Shown piece after piece: positions 12,363-26,100 of a DNA stretch of 64,000 bases. Position 1 is the stretch's first letter. Every line of letters begins with the position of its first letter. Source of the DNA: Eledone cirrhosa. Taxonomy: Eukaryota. Position numbers and translations under genes: made by a program. The notes under the pieces were generated by a model. The model was not told the origin of the DNA and made no database searches. It was given only the letters and a program-made list of their open reading frames with translations. The stretch lies in contig OZ024741.1 in NCBI GenBank assembly GCA_964016885.1, positions 177,878,001 to 177,942,000 of the forward strand. Reading direction: 5' to 3'.

Positions 12363-14049
12363 TATATATACATATATATATATTTCTCTTTTTCACCTAG
12401 ATATACAGTGATTGGTGACTATAAAATAACTGGGTTCTCATAAATACTATTATTACACTGTGATGGGAATTTCCTTTAAGATATAGTGTCAAAAGTAATC
12501 TTGCATCTAGGTGCATCACACAAGAAATCAATAACTAACATAGATAGATATTATATGTATATCCCTGTTTATTGTTCCGTGCATTCACTTGTCATTTCTC
12601 TTGTCGTGGATAGAAGTGGTTTCATTTTAAGGTTATAGCAGATCGATGTTTCAACTATTATGTGCAGCCGGTAGTTTTTCATTTAGCAACACATTTAACA
12701 ATCAAGCAGATACGGCAACAGGGAAGATTATGGTTGCTTGACCTACTAGAAAGGGCAATTAAATCTCTTTCAAGTTACACACTATATTCTTGAAACGAGT
12801 CTGACACTAATAGGTAGGCTATGTATATTTAGCATATATTTGTTAAGTACTGGTATTAACCAACAACAACATGCCTGCAACATTTATCAATACATGGACT
12901 TATGAATGTGTGATCCATCATTATTTACCATAACCGAAAGGATAGTTTATATATGAATTCCCTCACATATCGTGAACCAATGAATAGTTCAAATATCAAT
13001 ATATGTCACTTTAAATCTATTATTCCTGTGTTAAAGCTATGGTATAAGAAAAATGCAGAAACTTAAACAGCATAACTCTGACGTCAATCAAATTGTAAAT
13101 CATAAAACGAAACATTCTTGAAGCCTAAATGAAAGAAACCCCGGTAACATATTACCTGTTCGTCATTTTGAGGAATCAAATACAAAGCAATCTACTCGAT
13201 GATATACTGTCATTTAGAGTAAATCCGATGATACGACATGCTTACACTTTCACCCTATCCTGTAAAAAACATGGACATTTTGAACTCCCTAATATTATCC
13301 TGCTTAGTTACGTGTCTTTGCTAATTCATTTAATTTTGAACAGGGCGTATCTTAAAAGTGATATTCGTGAGTATATAGAGACATATATATTAGATATTGA
13401 GTAATTTTGTAAACTGTGAATATGTATACGACTAATATTAATAAAGAGCTAAATACGAATTTATAAACACTATATTAAGTTAGCTCGAATGAATAAATCA
13501 GGTTAGTTCCTTTAGAAATACTATTGTCACAGAGGTTAGGAAGTAGATACATTATTTACATATTATTTCAATTGAATTGGCCATTTACGGCCAATATTAA
13601 GTTAATTTGCATTTTATTGGAAGTAAAAGCACAATTTAGTTAACTATTTCAATGGAATAGCATGGCGTCTTGTTACAACGTTCTACCATCTATCATTATG
13701 CAGTACATAACATTTATTTATCTCACACTGGTAGGTCATATATCATGACGCAGGAAACGACTGACATGAAATAACGGCTAGATATTCCTTTGAATTAAGC
13801 AACTAAGAGTCGAAACAGGTGTTGCTTCAATTATTTCAATTCTATCTGAAATTGAAAACGACGTCTTACGTATGAATTAAAAAGTCAACAGATTGCAAAA
13901 TATACCCTTATTGTTTCGATAACAATAGATGATGCAGTTTGTGTCTATTGATGTAAGCTACAAAAATATATGGATTACCAAAACTGTTCTATCAATCTGA
14001 TTACATTGTAATAAGTGAAACAAAGTCCGAGAAAATTGATGTGTTTTTT

Positions 14050-14205
14050 TTACGTTCTGACTTCAAATCCCGCTGAGGTTAACTTTGTCTTTTATCCTTT
14101 GGGGGTCGATAAAATAAATGCCAGTAATGCACTATTTTGATTTAACCGACTTTCTCCTGCCCCCTGATATTGTTGGACTTGTGCCTATAGTAGAAATCAT
14201 TATTT
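14050..14205 (+). mobile_element. SINE, 5'-truncated/decayed
   Basis: B box, family body and tail CTTGTGCCTATAGTAGAAATCATTATT. Confidence 0.75.
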
Positions 14206-14416
14206 TATATTCAGTCGGACACATATATATCCCATTCTCATTATGATATGTGGTCCCATCCAAACTATGAAACTATATTCTACATTTGAACAGTATTTTC
14301 TAGCTGCTACTTTATAGACTTAGATGTTCCTAGACTGAGGATTGTTATGAGAACATATCTATCCAGTTATGACGACATCTTTATATTATATGTAAACCAC
14401 ATTATCTAATGAACTC

Positions 14417-14566
14417 AGGGCGGTAGATTGACATTATCGGTAGAGCACAGAGTTATGGCCCTTAACGTTCAGGGTTTGCCTTTCATCCTTACGGGGACGA
14501 TTAAATAAAGCACTAGATCTGCACTGGGGTAATGGCTACCCTTGTGCCAAAAGTAGAAACAATTAT
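14417..14566 (+). mobile_element. SINE with internal deletions
   Basis: AGGGCGGTAGATTG head, GCCTTTCATCCTTACGGGG body, GTAGAAACAATTAT tail. Confidence 0.78.
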
Positions 14567-15143
14567 CTTATGCTTTCACATATTTCTGTTGTTTTTAGAC
14601 GGTTTGGTGCAATTTAAAAGAGCTCCGTCGTCTATTTCTGGTGGAATGACGGATCATATAAAGGATCACACCATTGATATATGTTGATGTTTGTAAACGA
14701 ATTATTTCTTTCGTGTGCTGGTAAATATGCGGATTATTTTTAACTTCAGATAAATCCCAATTGCATGTACCTTCTAATAAAATGTATTTTAATCGTAATC
14801 ATCATGGAAACCTATGGATATATAAAACTATATTCCATTGGAGAAAATAGTGTACTTTGTTAGAAGGCTGCAGCAATGCAAATGAAATATGGAATATTTA
14901 GAATAACAATAAGAAATATTTTGGAATGTTACCTCGGAATTGATTTATTCGGAATATAATACTTCCATCAAAAGGATACTACTTCGGGGCAGGATATACT
15001 TTGTCCTTCGTGTGCGGTCATTAGCAATGTTACAAAATATGCATCTTGCCCCAATGTTTTCCTGCGTAATTCTTCTGTTTATGACGGCTGGGTGTGGATT
15101 TTAAGGAGGTTTATCTTCTATTTCGAGCAGAAAATATCCAGAA

Positions 15144-18100
15144 TTACGCAGGAAAGAGTGCATCCACTCCTGATGTAGTAAGAGTTACCGTAGGTATTAA
15201 AACATCTTCTCCTTTTCCACACCTCGACATATTTGTAGCATAAATAATGTGCTGTGACATCCTATTGACAACAAGGCGTGTACCATTGCAAAGCTTGGGA
15301 GGGGTTATATTTCTGAGAAGTATAACCGGAGATCCTTCCTTGAGAGACAAAATATGTTGAGGTAGACCGGGAATATCCAATGAATTGAGGAATTCAATGG
15401 GATAATTGACCGCATCATGTCGATCGACATTGGTATCAATAGACTTAAAAGCCTTATCATTTCCAGGAAGACTTTCAAGCATTTGGCGATTAATGGCGGA
15501 GACGGTGACATTTGTAGGAGCTAATATAGGCCTCTCACACAGCCATGTATGATTGCGGTAATTATCTGCCAAGTTGGGAAAAACGGCTGCCTTGAGATCT
15601 TCGACAGTGTTAACCAGACAGTGCAATGTCTCCATGCACATCTGAAGGTACTTTGCCGTTGCCAAGAATGAGAAGGTCTTCAGCAAATTTTTCAGACACA
15701 GTATCGCCATTCAGTTGAACACGCACGTTAGTGGTCAGACGAAGTGTTATTACCTGTTGCCACAATGGAAAAGACTTCAGGCAGGCCCGAACTTGTTCCG
15801 CTCTGGTGCCCTTTGGAATAACCGGCAAAGTTTGTTGAAAGTCCCCTGGCGGTCTCTAATGTCTTTCAGTGTTCTATCTAAGGCCTCAATAGCTCCTTTG
15901 TGAGCCATGGTGCATTCATCCCACAAAATCAGTAGACACCTTCGCAGTAGTTCTGTTCTCGGACATCCTTGGTGATGTCACAGAGCGGTGTTTCAGCTGA
16001 TTCCAAGTTAAGGGGAAGCTTAACGGTAGAGTGTGCTGTCTTGCCGCCGGGAAGTAGTGTTGCTGTAATACTGGATGATGCAACGACTATTGCGATAACT
16101 TCATTCTGTCTAACTTTGGCAAGAAGAGGTTTAGTAACAAAGGTTTTTCCAGTGCCTCCAGGGGCATCAGGAAAGAAGATATCACCCCATCGACGAAATA
16201 TATTATCGGTGATAGTGTTGTATGCAAATTGCTGATCGGGAAGTAGTTTTGGTTCCATTTCAAACACATATCTAGCTAGAGTGCCGACATCATACGATGT
16301 TTCTTCGATGATGAGAGTTGGAATTTAATTAGAATCAGTGCGGTGGGTTTGTGGCAGACCGTATGCTGGCAAGGTATTCCCACCCATAAGGAAAATCCTG
16401 TCCTCTATGTCTATAAGCCCTTTATTGTATACATTATCACTGAAATCTATTTCTATGTCAGGAAGTACTAGTTGAGCCTGGTGCAGCAAGTCCTCAGACA
16501 GTTGGTTCCAAAACTTCAACCATAATGTGTAGGGATCACAAATGTTACATAAGTGAAGAAGCTTTGCAAAGAGCTCTGGTAGGCTTCCAGCTGAGTGTGA
16601 TGAAGCGATCTCCGCCAAGGTTGCAACCCATCGTGTGTCATCTTCAAGCATTCCACGAGCCAAACAGGCATCTCTGTATGTAGACCAAACACGATTACCT
16701 TAAGTTCTGAGGTCCTGAAAACTGGTTGGTCCTTTGACCTCATGCAGTAGCATTCGAAGATAGAAGCACTCGTGTTGATTTGGAGGAATCGTATACACTC
16801 GCCCCAAGCAATTAATGAATTTGATCCCGAGAACTTCAATAACTGGTTGGCCAGTCTTTCTGCGACACCATGTTTTTTTTATTCCATGTGTAGTATGCTG
16901 GCACCTGAGGATACAGCAATGATTTTTCGAAGTCATCGTATTCGCACAGTTTTATAAATCCAGTTAAAGTTGTCTCCCTTGGGGTCCCTGCCAATTTAGC
17001 AGCATTTTTGTTGGTATAGTACATCTGTTGACCGTGTTCTAGGTGTACATCTAATTTTACAATTGAAGGGTTCCTATCATGTATTGGAAAACCAAAGATT
17101 CGCCAAAAGGCCTCGCTACTACTTATGTAGTGCCCTACTTGGAATTGCGGTACTTTGTCTCTATTGTTTTCGTTGAGTATACCGAAAGAAGCAGCGTCAG
17201 AACCCTTATTAACATACTTACATATGTATTTGATGCACTTGACTGTCTGTCTGCACAAATTACTCGCCTATATCAACACTCTGCACGACTGTCTGCCAGC
17301 ACAACTTTATCGCCTTTATCACCTCTCTGTACGACTGTCTGTCTGCACAACTTTATCGCTTATATCAGCTCTCTGCACGACTGCCTGTCTGCATAATTTT
17401 ATCGCCTATATCATCTCTCTGCACGACTGCCTGTCTGCATAATTTTATCGCCTATATCATCTCTCTGCACGATGTATGTCTGCATAATTTTATCGCCTAT
17501 CAACTCCCTGCACGACTGTCTCTCTGCACGACTGTCACTCTGCAAAACTTTATCGCCTATATCACCTCTCTGCATGACTGTCTGTCTGCACAACTTTATC
17601 GCCTATATGACCTCTCTGTACTACTGTCTATCGTTTAAAATCATTGCTTCTAAATGAAAATCTCATAAGGATTTATTCGCGATCAATGTTTTTGTTACTA
17701 AATATTTGCTTGTTTTACGGTGTATTGAAGTAAAAATATTGTTTTGAAAGACATTTTAATGGAAATGAAGCAAAATGGAAGCTTAATGTTGAAACCTCGA
17801 ACTCATGAATTTTGCAGGTTAAAATTTTGCTGGTCCGAAAACTGCTCGCGTATTTTTGTACTTTTGCACGCGTCGTATATTCGTAACGTAAATAGGTAAA
17901 CAGAATGACGCCATGAAAGGGAAATAACTCGTCTCTCATCTCTATTTATACATTTGAACTGAAAAATCAATACATTACAAATTCGATTTTTGCACTTGGC
18001 GTGGGTCGATTTGAAAATTTTTTTGACCGATGTCTTCGCTGGACCTTCATCTATAAGTGAAGCAATTTCACCAAAATTTGAACGTACGGTTTAGGAGGAG

Positions 18101-18154
18101 ATGTGTGCCGACCGTTTTAGTAGACATACAGACAACCTCGGTTTTATATATAGA
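15144..18154 (-). mobile_element. Helitron derived from an autonomous element (Rep and PIF1 helicase pseudogene), 3' end lost
   Basis: 5' TCTATATATAAAACCGAGG at 18154; Rep-region motifs IKYICKYVNKGSD and SSSEAFWRIFGF; helicase Walker A DAPGGTGKTF, GKTAHS, ILAPTN, KLCNGTRL; many frameshifts. Confidence 0.88.
17240..17630. repeat. ~46-bp minisatellite inside the Helitron
   Basis: Unit ACTGTCTGTCTGCACAACTTTATCGCCTATATCACCTCTCTGCACG, about 8 copies. Confidence 0.9.
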
Positions 18155-18702
18155 CTAGTAGAAAACCACCCTGGGGGCGGTTTTCTGATAGTCTTATATA
18201 TCTAAAACAGAGAATGTATGTCTGTCTGTCAGCTCACTAAAACTTGAGAACCATCCAACCGATTGTTTTCAAACTTTAGACATGTAATACTTATGGGGTC
18301 CTGTGAGTGTTTTGAGCAAAAATTATTTCAAATTGTCAATGCCCTAGGGACCGCATTAGGCGATTTAGCGTTCTCTCTATATAATTCTTAGTCTTTCTTT
18401 TTAGATAGATACATAGATATAACGTTGCGCCCTTATAATATCTGTCTGTATGTCTGGCTGTCTGCATTACGTCATTATGACGCGCTCAGCGCGATTCCCT
18501 CAGCCTCAGTGACCAAAGTCAGTAAAGAGGGGAAGGTAATGTTTCTGTAGCATGTGTTTTAGCGTCTATTCACTATCTCTCTCTCTCCCTCCCGCTATCC
18601 CCCTCTCGTAGTCTGTCTCTTTCTTTCACTCTCACTCTCTCTCTACGCACGTGTTTCCACTGTCGGACAGACAGACAGAGAAATTGCTGGTTATATATAT
18701 AA
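18155..18702 (-). mobile_element. Short non-autonomous Helitron-like element abutting the previous Helitron
   Basis: On the minus strand it starts TATATATAACCAGCAATTTCTCTGTCTGTCTG and ends with hairpin AGAAAACCGCCC..GGTGGTTTTCT plus ACTAG; a second Helitron-like head lies on + at ~18195. Confidence 0.55.
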
Positions 18703-18879
18703 GTAGATATACAGACACACGTGCCGTATTATACAAACATTTAAATGCCCCTTGTTAGTCAATAAAATAATATTATTGAATGTAATAGTTCTATTTCTAT
18801 TTAAAGACATTTCTATTTTTTTATGTGAATTTCTTCTTCTTTGCATACTTATTCCTATGGGGCTCATTGGGGAAGTGTC

Positions 18880-19590
18880 CTCAAACCGTCCTTCCAGCGA
18901 GACATGCCAGACGTAACCGTCTCGAATTGATCCGGTTGGATCCCCAAGCGAGATCAACAAAGACCATGGATGTAACTCAACCAGCCTGCTCGGGATCTAT
19001 CTTTGGGTCTATTGCCGGTTTGATCTTGTCCTTAAAATCGGTTCAGAAATTATTTCCTGAGACATTCTAAAAACATGCCCATAGTATCGGAGATGTGAGC
19101 TCTCAATTCGGAGAAGCTGAAGCTCTGCCTGTAGTGACTCTCTGATCTCCGAGCTACGCACTCTATCGAATAACGTTACTTCAAGATACTTCGCAGGAAC
19201 CTCATTTCGGCCGCTTTTATTCGTGATCGTATACTTTCGGTAATTACCCAAGATCCATTACCATAGGTAAGATTGGCACGAATACCAAAATGACGCAACG
19301 AGTTTGGCGTTTACGCCTACGCCCATCTCTCTTCTTCTGATTAGTGAATACGCGTTACTATTCCAGCTCCTGAATTTCTTTCACTTAATTCAGCCTCCTT
19401 TATTCCATTTCCCTTAACACCGCCAATATTATGTTATCTTCTCTACGTGCTTCAGTGGAACTCCATTCACATACAGCGTGCAATGCGCAGCCTTCATTGA
19501 GAGGATGTGTGTCTCAGTTTTCGCAGCACTCGGCATCAAACTTATTGAGTGTAATTCGGAGATCACCTTCTGTCGAGTTAAGTAACACTT
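18880..19590 (-). mobile_element. RTE-like LINE 3' fragment, decayed
   Basis: DRVRSSEIRESL...RIESSHLRYYGHVFRM matches the RTE post-RT motif (LRWxGHxxRM). Confidence 0.6.
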
Positions 19591-19689
19591 TCTGAACTTA
19601 ATGATAATAATATTCCACGCTATCTGGAATTACTCAGATAATTCATATAAATATTATTGCTGCAGTTTATGTCGTGAGAAAGGATATAT

Positions 19690-22200
19690 TCAACGCTAGC
19701 ATGGCTAAACAATTTATGTAGAAGCTACTAGAAGAAAACATGGAATCAAACAAATCGATGATTATGGAATTCTTCATCATAACCATAAATCGATTAGAGG
19801 TGAAGATCGATAAACTGACGGAGGAGAAAGTGATTATTAAACTTGGAATAAAGAGATTAAAAGAATGCAGCGATTTTCAAAGCGATGTTTTTAATGAAAA
19901 ACTGAAAGGTACGCTAAAACAGAGAAACGGGACGTTGGAAGAATGTGAGAAACAGGAAATAAAATTGTCGGAGCTGGAGGATCATTTGTGATAAAATAAC
20001 CGTTGCTTCGACTGCTTCGAATAACATAAAGGTGGCAAGAACTGGGCGCATCCAAGAGGCAAGCAGCAAATATTTTTCAGAGACTAAAAAAAAATTTTTC
20101 AGGGCTACAAAAAAAAATAAAATAAAAACTGAGTGGAGTCACCGCACGGGGAAGAAAGATGCCGACAAAAGCGTCCGATCGTAGCTAAATTCCTAGATTT
20201 TAAGGATCGTGAATCTCTCTTGGATAAGTTCAGAGAACTCATGTTACGGGAACATGAAATTAATGTAAACAAGGATTTAAAAAAAAAATGACTGTCGATA
20301 TCAGGAGAAATGTATTATATATAAAAGTAGACTTCTTATATGATCGTGATTAAAGAACCAAACACTAAAGGAAATGTTGAATGACAAGCAGAAATTAGAC
20401 TAAAGTGATGAGAACTTTTTTCCTTTTTAGTAGACTCAATTAACGTCCTTAGCTTTGCCATTAAAAGTCATAATGAATAGCATTGATGATATGTCTATCG
20501 AAGGTTGTTTCTGAGGTATTAAATATTTTGAAAAATAACAGAACCTTACTACTCGTGAATAATGAAATAGATCTTAATGATTTTGTAAAATCGCAATTTT
20601 CAGAAAGTGTCATTGACATTTAGTGAGGAGTTCCCATGCTCATTTCAATTCGAAAATTCACTCTCATTTATAAGTTTTAACATAATATATTTGTCAAAAA
20701 TATTTATGAATTGAAAATACTGAAATCGGCGATGCTTTTTAAATGTTCTGTTATTTGCGCATCAAGAACAAAAGGGTTTCAATTTAAAATAATAATTTTC
20801 TGATTATAAATGTTTATGTACCTCAAGGAAAAATATGAGAAGTGGGGACTTCATTATGTATTTAAGGAAATATTTGAACGGCTATGAAAAAGAATAATTA
20901 CAAATTAATAATGGAGACATTGAAACCCAATTTATTGAAGTAATAAGACCCGAAAAACGAACAGATTTTACTTGTAAACATATATTGAACAACAAAGGGG
21001 AAAATGAAAGTGTTTCACCAAAATATAACTAGGCTCATAACTTCTATTAGGCAGACGCCAATATTTATTTCTGCTGACAGTAATTTCAAAGGTATTTGCT
21101 TAGTTAGGTATTTGCATAGGGTAGGAATTGTTTCCCCAAAAGTTATCTTATTTTTTCCATCACAAATGTCACTTGTGTAACAACCAAAAGAAACACTAGT
21201 ATTGACAACATATTTTTATTTATTTATATTATAACCGAGCTGTTAAATCTGGCATCGTACTGATCTATGGATGAAAGTAATGATTAAATCCTTTCAACAA
21301 GCTTAAGGAATGTATTTGGACATATGTTCCCAACACATGTGACTCACATCTTACGAAAACATTTTAGCTGATTTCGAACGTCTTTGTAATGAATATTTTC
21401 TTATAATCGAACAATTGAAGAAAAAAAAAAGTCTATTTAAATGAATGGGTGACTGTGGAAATTTTGGGTAGTTCTAAGGAAAAATGAAAGTTGTATTTGA
21501 AATACATATCAAATAAAATTCTTGAGAATGAAGAAAAGTACAAAAATATGGAAACATTTTTTACGCATTAAAAGAGAAAGCTAAATTCTCTTATTTTTTT
21601 AAGCAAATTGAAAGACACAAATTAAATGTTTCAAAAAATGTGGTCAATCTCGAAAACAATAATTTGTAAAAACAAACCTGTTAATAATTGCCGAATTGCA
21701 TATCAATAAATGGTGAAAAGGTATTCAACAAGCAGTTGATTGCTATGGAATTAAACTCGTTTTACCAAGGATTGTCCAAATCTCGCGTCAAAATAACCAA
21801 TAAAACTTCCTTCAATTTTAAAAAAGAACAACCATTTATTCAAAATAAATCCGGTTACGGATGAGTTATTGAAAACTGCTTTCACTCGGCTGAAGATGAA
21901 CAAAGCGCCATGATATGACTCTTTGAGCCAAAAGATTGTTAAAATTGCATATGAACCAATAAAAGTCCCATTTACAACATCTCTTTAAAACTTCAATTAC
22001 ACGTTTAGTATTTCCAAATAAAATGAAAATAGCAAACGTCATGACGCTTTTTACAGCAAAGGCAAAGACAGAAGTTTGTAAACACCGATCAATATCACTC
22101 CTACGAATCTTCGCTAAATTGCCGGAGCGACTCATGCATCTTTACGATTTATTTATTTAGAATAATAATCTTTTTTATTCTAAACAGTTTGGTTTTAAAA
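19690..22200 (+). mobile_element. CR1/L2-group LINE relic (ORF1, decayed endonuclease region and RT N-terminus)
   Basis: Coiled-coil ORF1 (19740-19991) and RPIVAKFLDFKDRE at ~20170; RT-proximal LKMNKAP*YD, VFPNKMKIANV, HRSISLLRIFAKLPERL and SKQFGF at 21870-22200. Confidence 0.7.
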
Positions 22201-23383
22201 GTAATTCAAGGTAGAAAAAACTTATTAGCTCAACCTCGTTAGCTCAGAATATACATGGACGGACATAATAATAAATTTCGGCAGGATAAGTACGCGGAAA
22301 CCAATAATAGGATAAACCCCTATTTTCCTGCACCAAATCGCACTTGAACAGAGGCCCCCTCAATTCAATCTATACATGGACAGATGGACAATCATATGGA
22401 TCATATATGTACTTTGTGATTTTGCATTTATTCACTGTTGGTTCTGTTCTTTTCTTCTGTGTACTTTATGTCTGTTTTTCTTTGATTTTGTTCCATGTGA
22501 TGGAAATTAGGACTGTGTACCAGATTCACTAATGCCTGGAGACTGTAGTTATAATGTACGACACCGTCGTTCAATATGTGGATAGAGTAACTGTGACACT
22601 AGAATCCCTCTCAGAACATATTACTTAAACACCTCTCTCCATATTATTTACTCACTTCAGTCTATATTTTTACTCACCTCAATCCGAATTATCACCTGCA
22701 AATAATTTTTTTTAATTCTCTTTTTAATTCTTTAATTTCTAATTGTTAATTTCTTAATTGTTTAATTTATAATTTCTGATATTTGATTTAGGATTTTAAT
22801 TTTTATTTCCAACTCTCACTCTTAACTTCCAACGTAAAACCATGATACCTAGAATAAGTTTATTTCCCTAATAAGGTGATGGTCAGCCGTTATCAAACGT
22901 TATCTCCTCTTCCTTCCTTTCAATGTAATCTAAAAAAAATCTCCATACATCCAATATGTGTTATACCCTCATAAAATGATTTACACTTATATATCTTAAA
23001 TTGCGCATAGGTGGGTATATATATATATATAGAGAGAGAGAGAGTCGCAACCGGTGGGAGGGACCGTACTGACGAATGCCAGTTAAGCCTGAAATGCATA
23101 GACGTTTGTCCCCCTTGCTTCTGCTGGACATCACAAGAGGGCGTTAACCCCCCCCCCCCCCCCCCCCCGCTGTTTGTTTGCATAGCTACGGCTTCCTAAA
23201 ATTGTATTTATTTGGAGATACGAAATATTTATAAATATTGTATAAAGCTATACTTGAAGCGAAATCCTAATTCTTCTATATATATATATATATATATGTA
23301 GGAGGTGAGTTTTATTGTAGTACAATAAAGCAATGCAGATATCGGATAAGAAGCACTCTACAGTTTGTAGGACTGGAGTATGC

Positions 23384-23723
23384 ATAATATAAGATCAAAA
23401 GATGGTTAAAGGAGTTCCATGTATTTTATTATGCGCATTTCAAAAACAAACATCATCATGCAATAATATTTGTGTTTTCATCAGATAAAACAGGAGAACA
23501 TGATATGAAGGCTAAAAAACACTTGTGGATAGTGCAGTTTTAAATCAACATATATATGTTGATTTAAAACTGCACTATCCACAAGTGTTTTTTAGCCTTC
23601 ATATCATGTTCTCCTGTTTTATCTGATGAAAACACAAATATTATTGCATGATGATGTTTGTTTTTGAAATGCGCATAATAAAATACATGGTACTCCTTTA
23701 ACCATCTTTTGATCTTATATTAT
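23384..23723. repeat. 340-bp palindrome with no spacer
   Basis: Centre CAACATAT|ATATGTTG at 23553/23554; 170-bp arms with one mismatch seen. Confidence 0.95.
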
Positions 23724-23742
23724 ATATATATATATATATATT

Positions 23743-25665
23743 GTTATACTTGGGGAGGGTCATATTTGTGTAATATTGCCAGAATTAATAACAGAACACA
23801 CTCACTGTTTGGTTGGTTTTCGCTTCTCGCTGTCTTTTATATTGGTAATCTAACTTACTCGGTCCTCAATGTTGCCATTGACTGACCAACGGTCAAAAAT
23901 AATACAGATACAATATAGACACAAACACATATATATAGTTTATCATAAATCTTTCGTTGCACATCTGCAACATCGTCAGTGGTGTTATATTTTCCTCCTG
24001 TTGTGTTGTATGTTTATGCCATTTTTATTCAGTCTGTTTATATATTTATTTATTTATTTGCTTGTTTGTTTATTTTATTTTGTCTTCTTTGCGCATGCGT
24101 TTGCGTGTGTGTATAGTGTTATGTTTGCTGTGTGATGGGTGACTAGTGTGTGTTTATGTGCTTGTGTATGTATTTATTTATTTATTTATATCTTTTTATT
24201 TACTTATTTATACTTCTCTTAGGTCAGTATTGTTTGTTTGGGTGTTGTTGTTATTCCATTCATTCTTTCTGTTTAGCTTTGGTCTTCTAATTTCTATTTC
24301 ACTAGCCTCTCTGATTTGCCTATCTGCTGGGTCATTTCTATGTTTAGATATTATTCTAATTTCTATGTTGTCTATGTTACCGCCATGTTGTTGTCTAGCA
24401 TGTTCGTATAGTACTGACCCGTTTTTTCGTCCTTTTAGTTCCCCCCAGTGTTGGTCTATCCTTTCACCTATGCTACGAGCTGTCTCACCTATGTATGCTG
24501 TTGTCATGTTTCTGCAAGTACCCTCTGTACATCTTATGCTATAGACTACGTTTCTAGTTTTACAGTTTATCCGGGGGTTCACCTTATATATGATACATTT
24601 CCTATTAGTAAAGTGGGTTTTCTTAAAAGGGTAGGTTTTGTTGATCAGAGATTTTATGGTGGTTCCTGGCTTTTATACCACCTTTATTTTTAAGTGGGTC
24701 TTTCTCAGGGCCTTTCTACACTGCTTAGCTAATTTCCCTCCAGGGGTGGCGTCCACAAACATGACACTCTGCTATCTCTGGTTGTCGTACCATGAGGTGG
24801 CTTTCCCTATCTTATGTCTAGCCCTATCTAAGCTATTCCATGATTTGCTCCTGTATAGTGGGCAAATTCCTTTCATGTCCAGTTCTATGAGGGTCTTATA
24901 CTTTTCCAAGGCTCCTTCGTATACTCTGACTCTGTCTCTTTGGTTGTAACCAGAGAACTGCATGCGGTTGATGAAGTGTTGGATGTGTCTTTCCATTTCT
25001 GTTGGGTCGCACATGCGGGACACATTTTTCATCACTCGTACCAAATCTGCGATCAGAATATTAAACTTAGCACTACTGGACTTTGCTGAGTTTTTGAGAA
25101 TCAGCTATTTGGAGGCCATGGGTTTAGCATAGTGTGAGTGGAGAATTTGGGCTCTCTCGTCTATAGTGTTAATCCAGAGTTCTGTGTCTAATACAGGTAG
25201 TCTATTGTTAGGGTGTTTGGAAGGGAAGTCGATAGTTACAGTTATACTCTGGTGTATGGAATTAGCTATCTGCTGGATGCTTTCCATCGTGCTACGTTCT
25301 AAATCAAACTTGTTAGTGCTCTCTAGTGGGGGTGTTCTTATAACTATATTGATATCGTCTACATAACGAGAGTACATGATGAGGTCTATGGAGCTTTCAT
25401 TAAGGAGATCTTTAAGTCTCGTTTCCCACCATACCATGAAAAGGTTGGCAACATCACCAGCTATGCAGACGCCGATGGCTGCTCCCTCATTTTGGGTGTA
25501 GATTTTCTCGTTGAACTTAAATATGTGGCCCTTTAGGGTAGTTTTGATACTAGCCCCTATTGCATGTGCGACCATTTATCTTTCCTGATCATTGTTTTGG
25601 GGGTCCGTATAGCTTTGGTCCACCCAATCCACCTTCCCATGGGAGATTTTTTGCCATTGAGATTA
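23743..25665 (-). mobile_element. Penelope-like element (probably Naiad clade), 5'-truncated; RT plus GIY-YIG endonuclease pseudogene
   Basis: RT: QNEGAAIG..ANLFMVWW, YSRYVDD, LPVLD, HYAKPMAS; GIY-YIG: NVVYSIRC..C..AYIGETARS..ER..QH, RQIREA..I..PKLN. Inserted in (TA)n. The clade call is inferred from motif style. Confidence 0.85.
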
Positions 25666-25766
25666 TATATATATATAGCGGAACATCATAATAAATGTTC
25701 GGTAGACCCATACGTACATATATATGTGTGCATGTATGTATCCATATATGTATGTACGTATACATA

Positions 25767-25824
<58 letters not shown>

Positions 25825-25827
<3 letters not shown>

Positions 25828-25875
25828 TGTTATTAATTCTGGCAATATTACACAAATATGACCCTCCACAAGTAT

Positions 25876-25916
<41 letters not shown>

Positions 25917-25966
25917 TACTTGGGGAGGGTCATATTTGTGTAATATTGCCAGAATTAATAACAGAA
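25825..25966. repeat. Inverted (25825-25878) and direct (25913-25966) copies of the 54-bp terminus (23743-23796) of the adjacent PLE
   Basis: GTTATACTTGGGGAGGGTCATATTTGTGTAATATTGCCAGAATTAATAACAGAA occurs three times, separated by (TA)n. Confidence 0.92.
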
Positions 25967-25993
25967 TATATATATATATATATATATATATGA

Positions 25994-26026
<33 letters not shown>

Positions 26027-26100
26027 TTTATATATATATGTATATATATATATATATTAGTGAAAAAGAACAAAGGAACTATTATGACATTATAACAAGT

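Noticed and set aside
17240-17630. Cys/His-rich repeat protein ORFs
   Set aside because: Translations of the Helitron-internal minisatellite.
24560-24700. Selenocysteine (UGA) recoding in the Naiad-like zinc-finger linker
   Set aside because: Manual translation shows TTT/TGT/TAT at the expected Cys positions and a TAA stop upstream; no in-frame TGA there.
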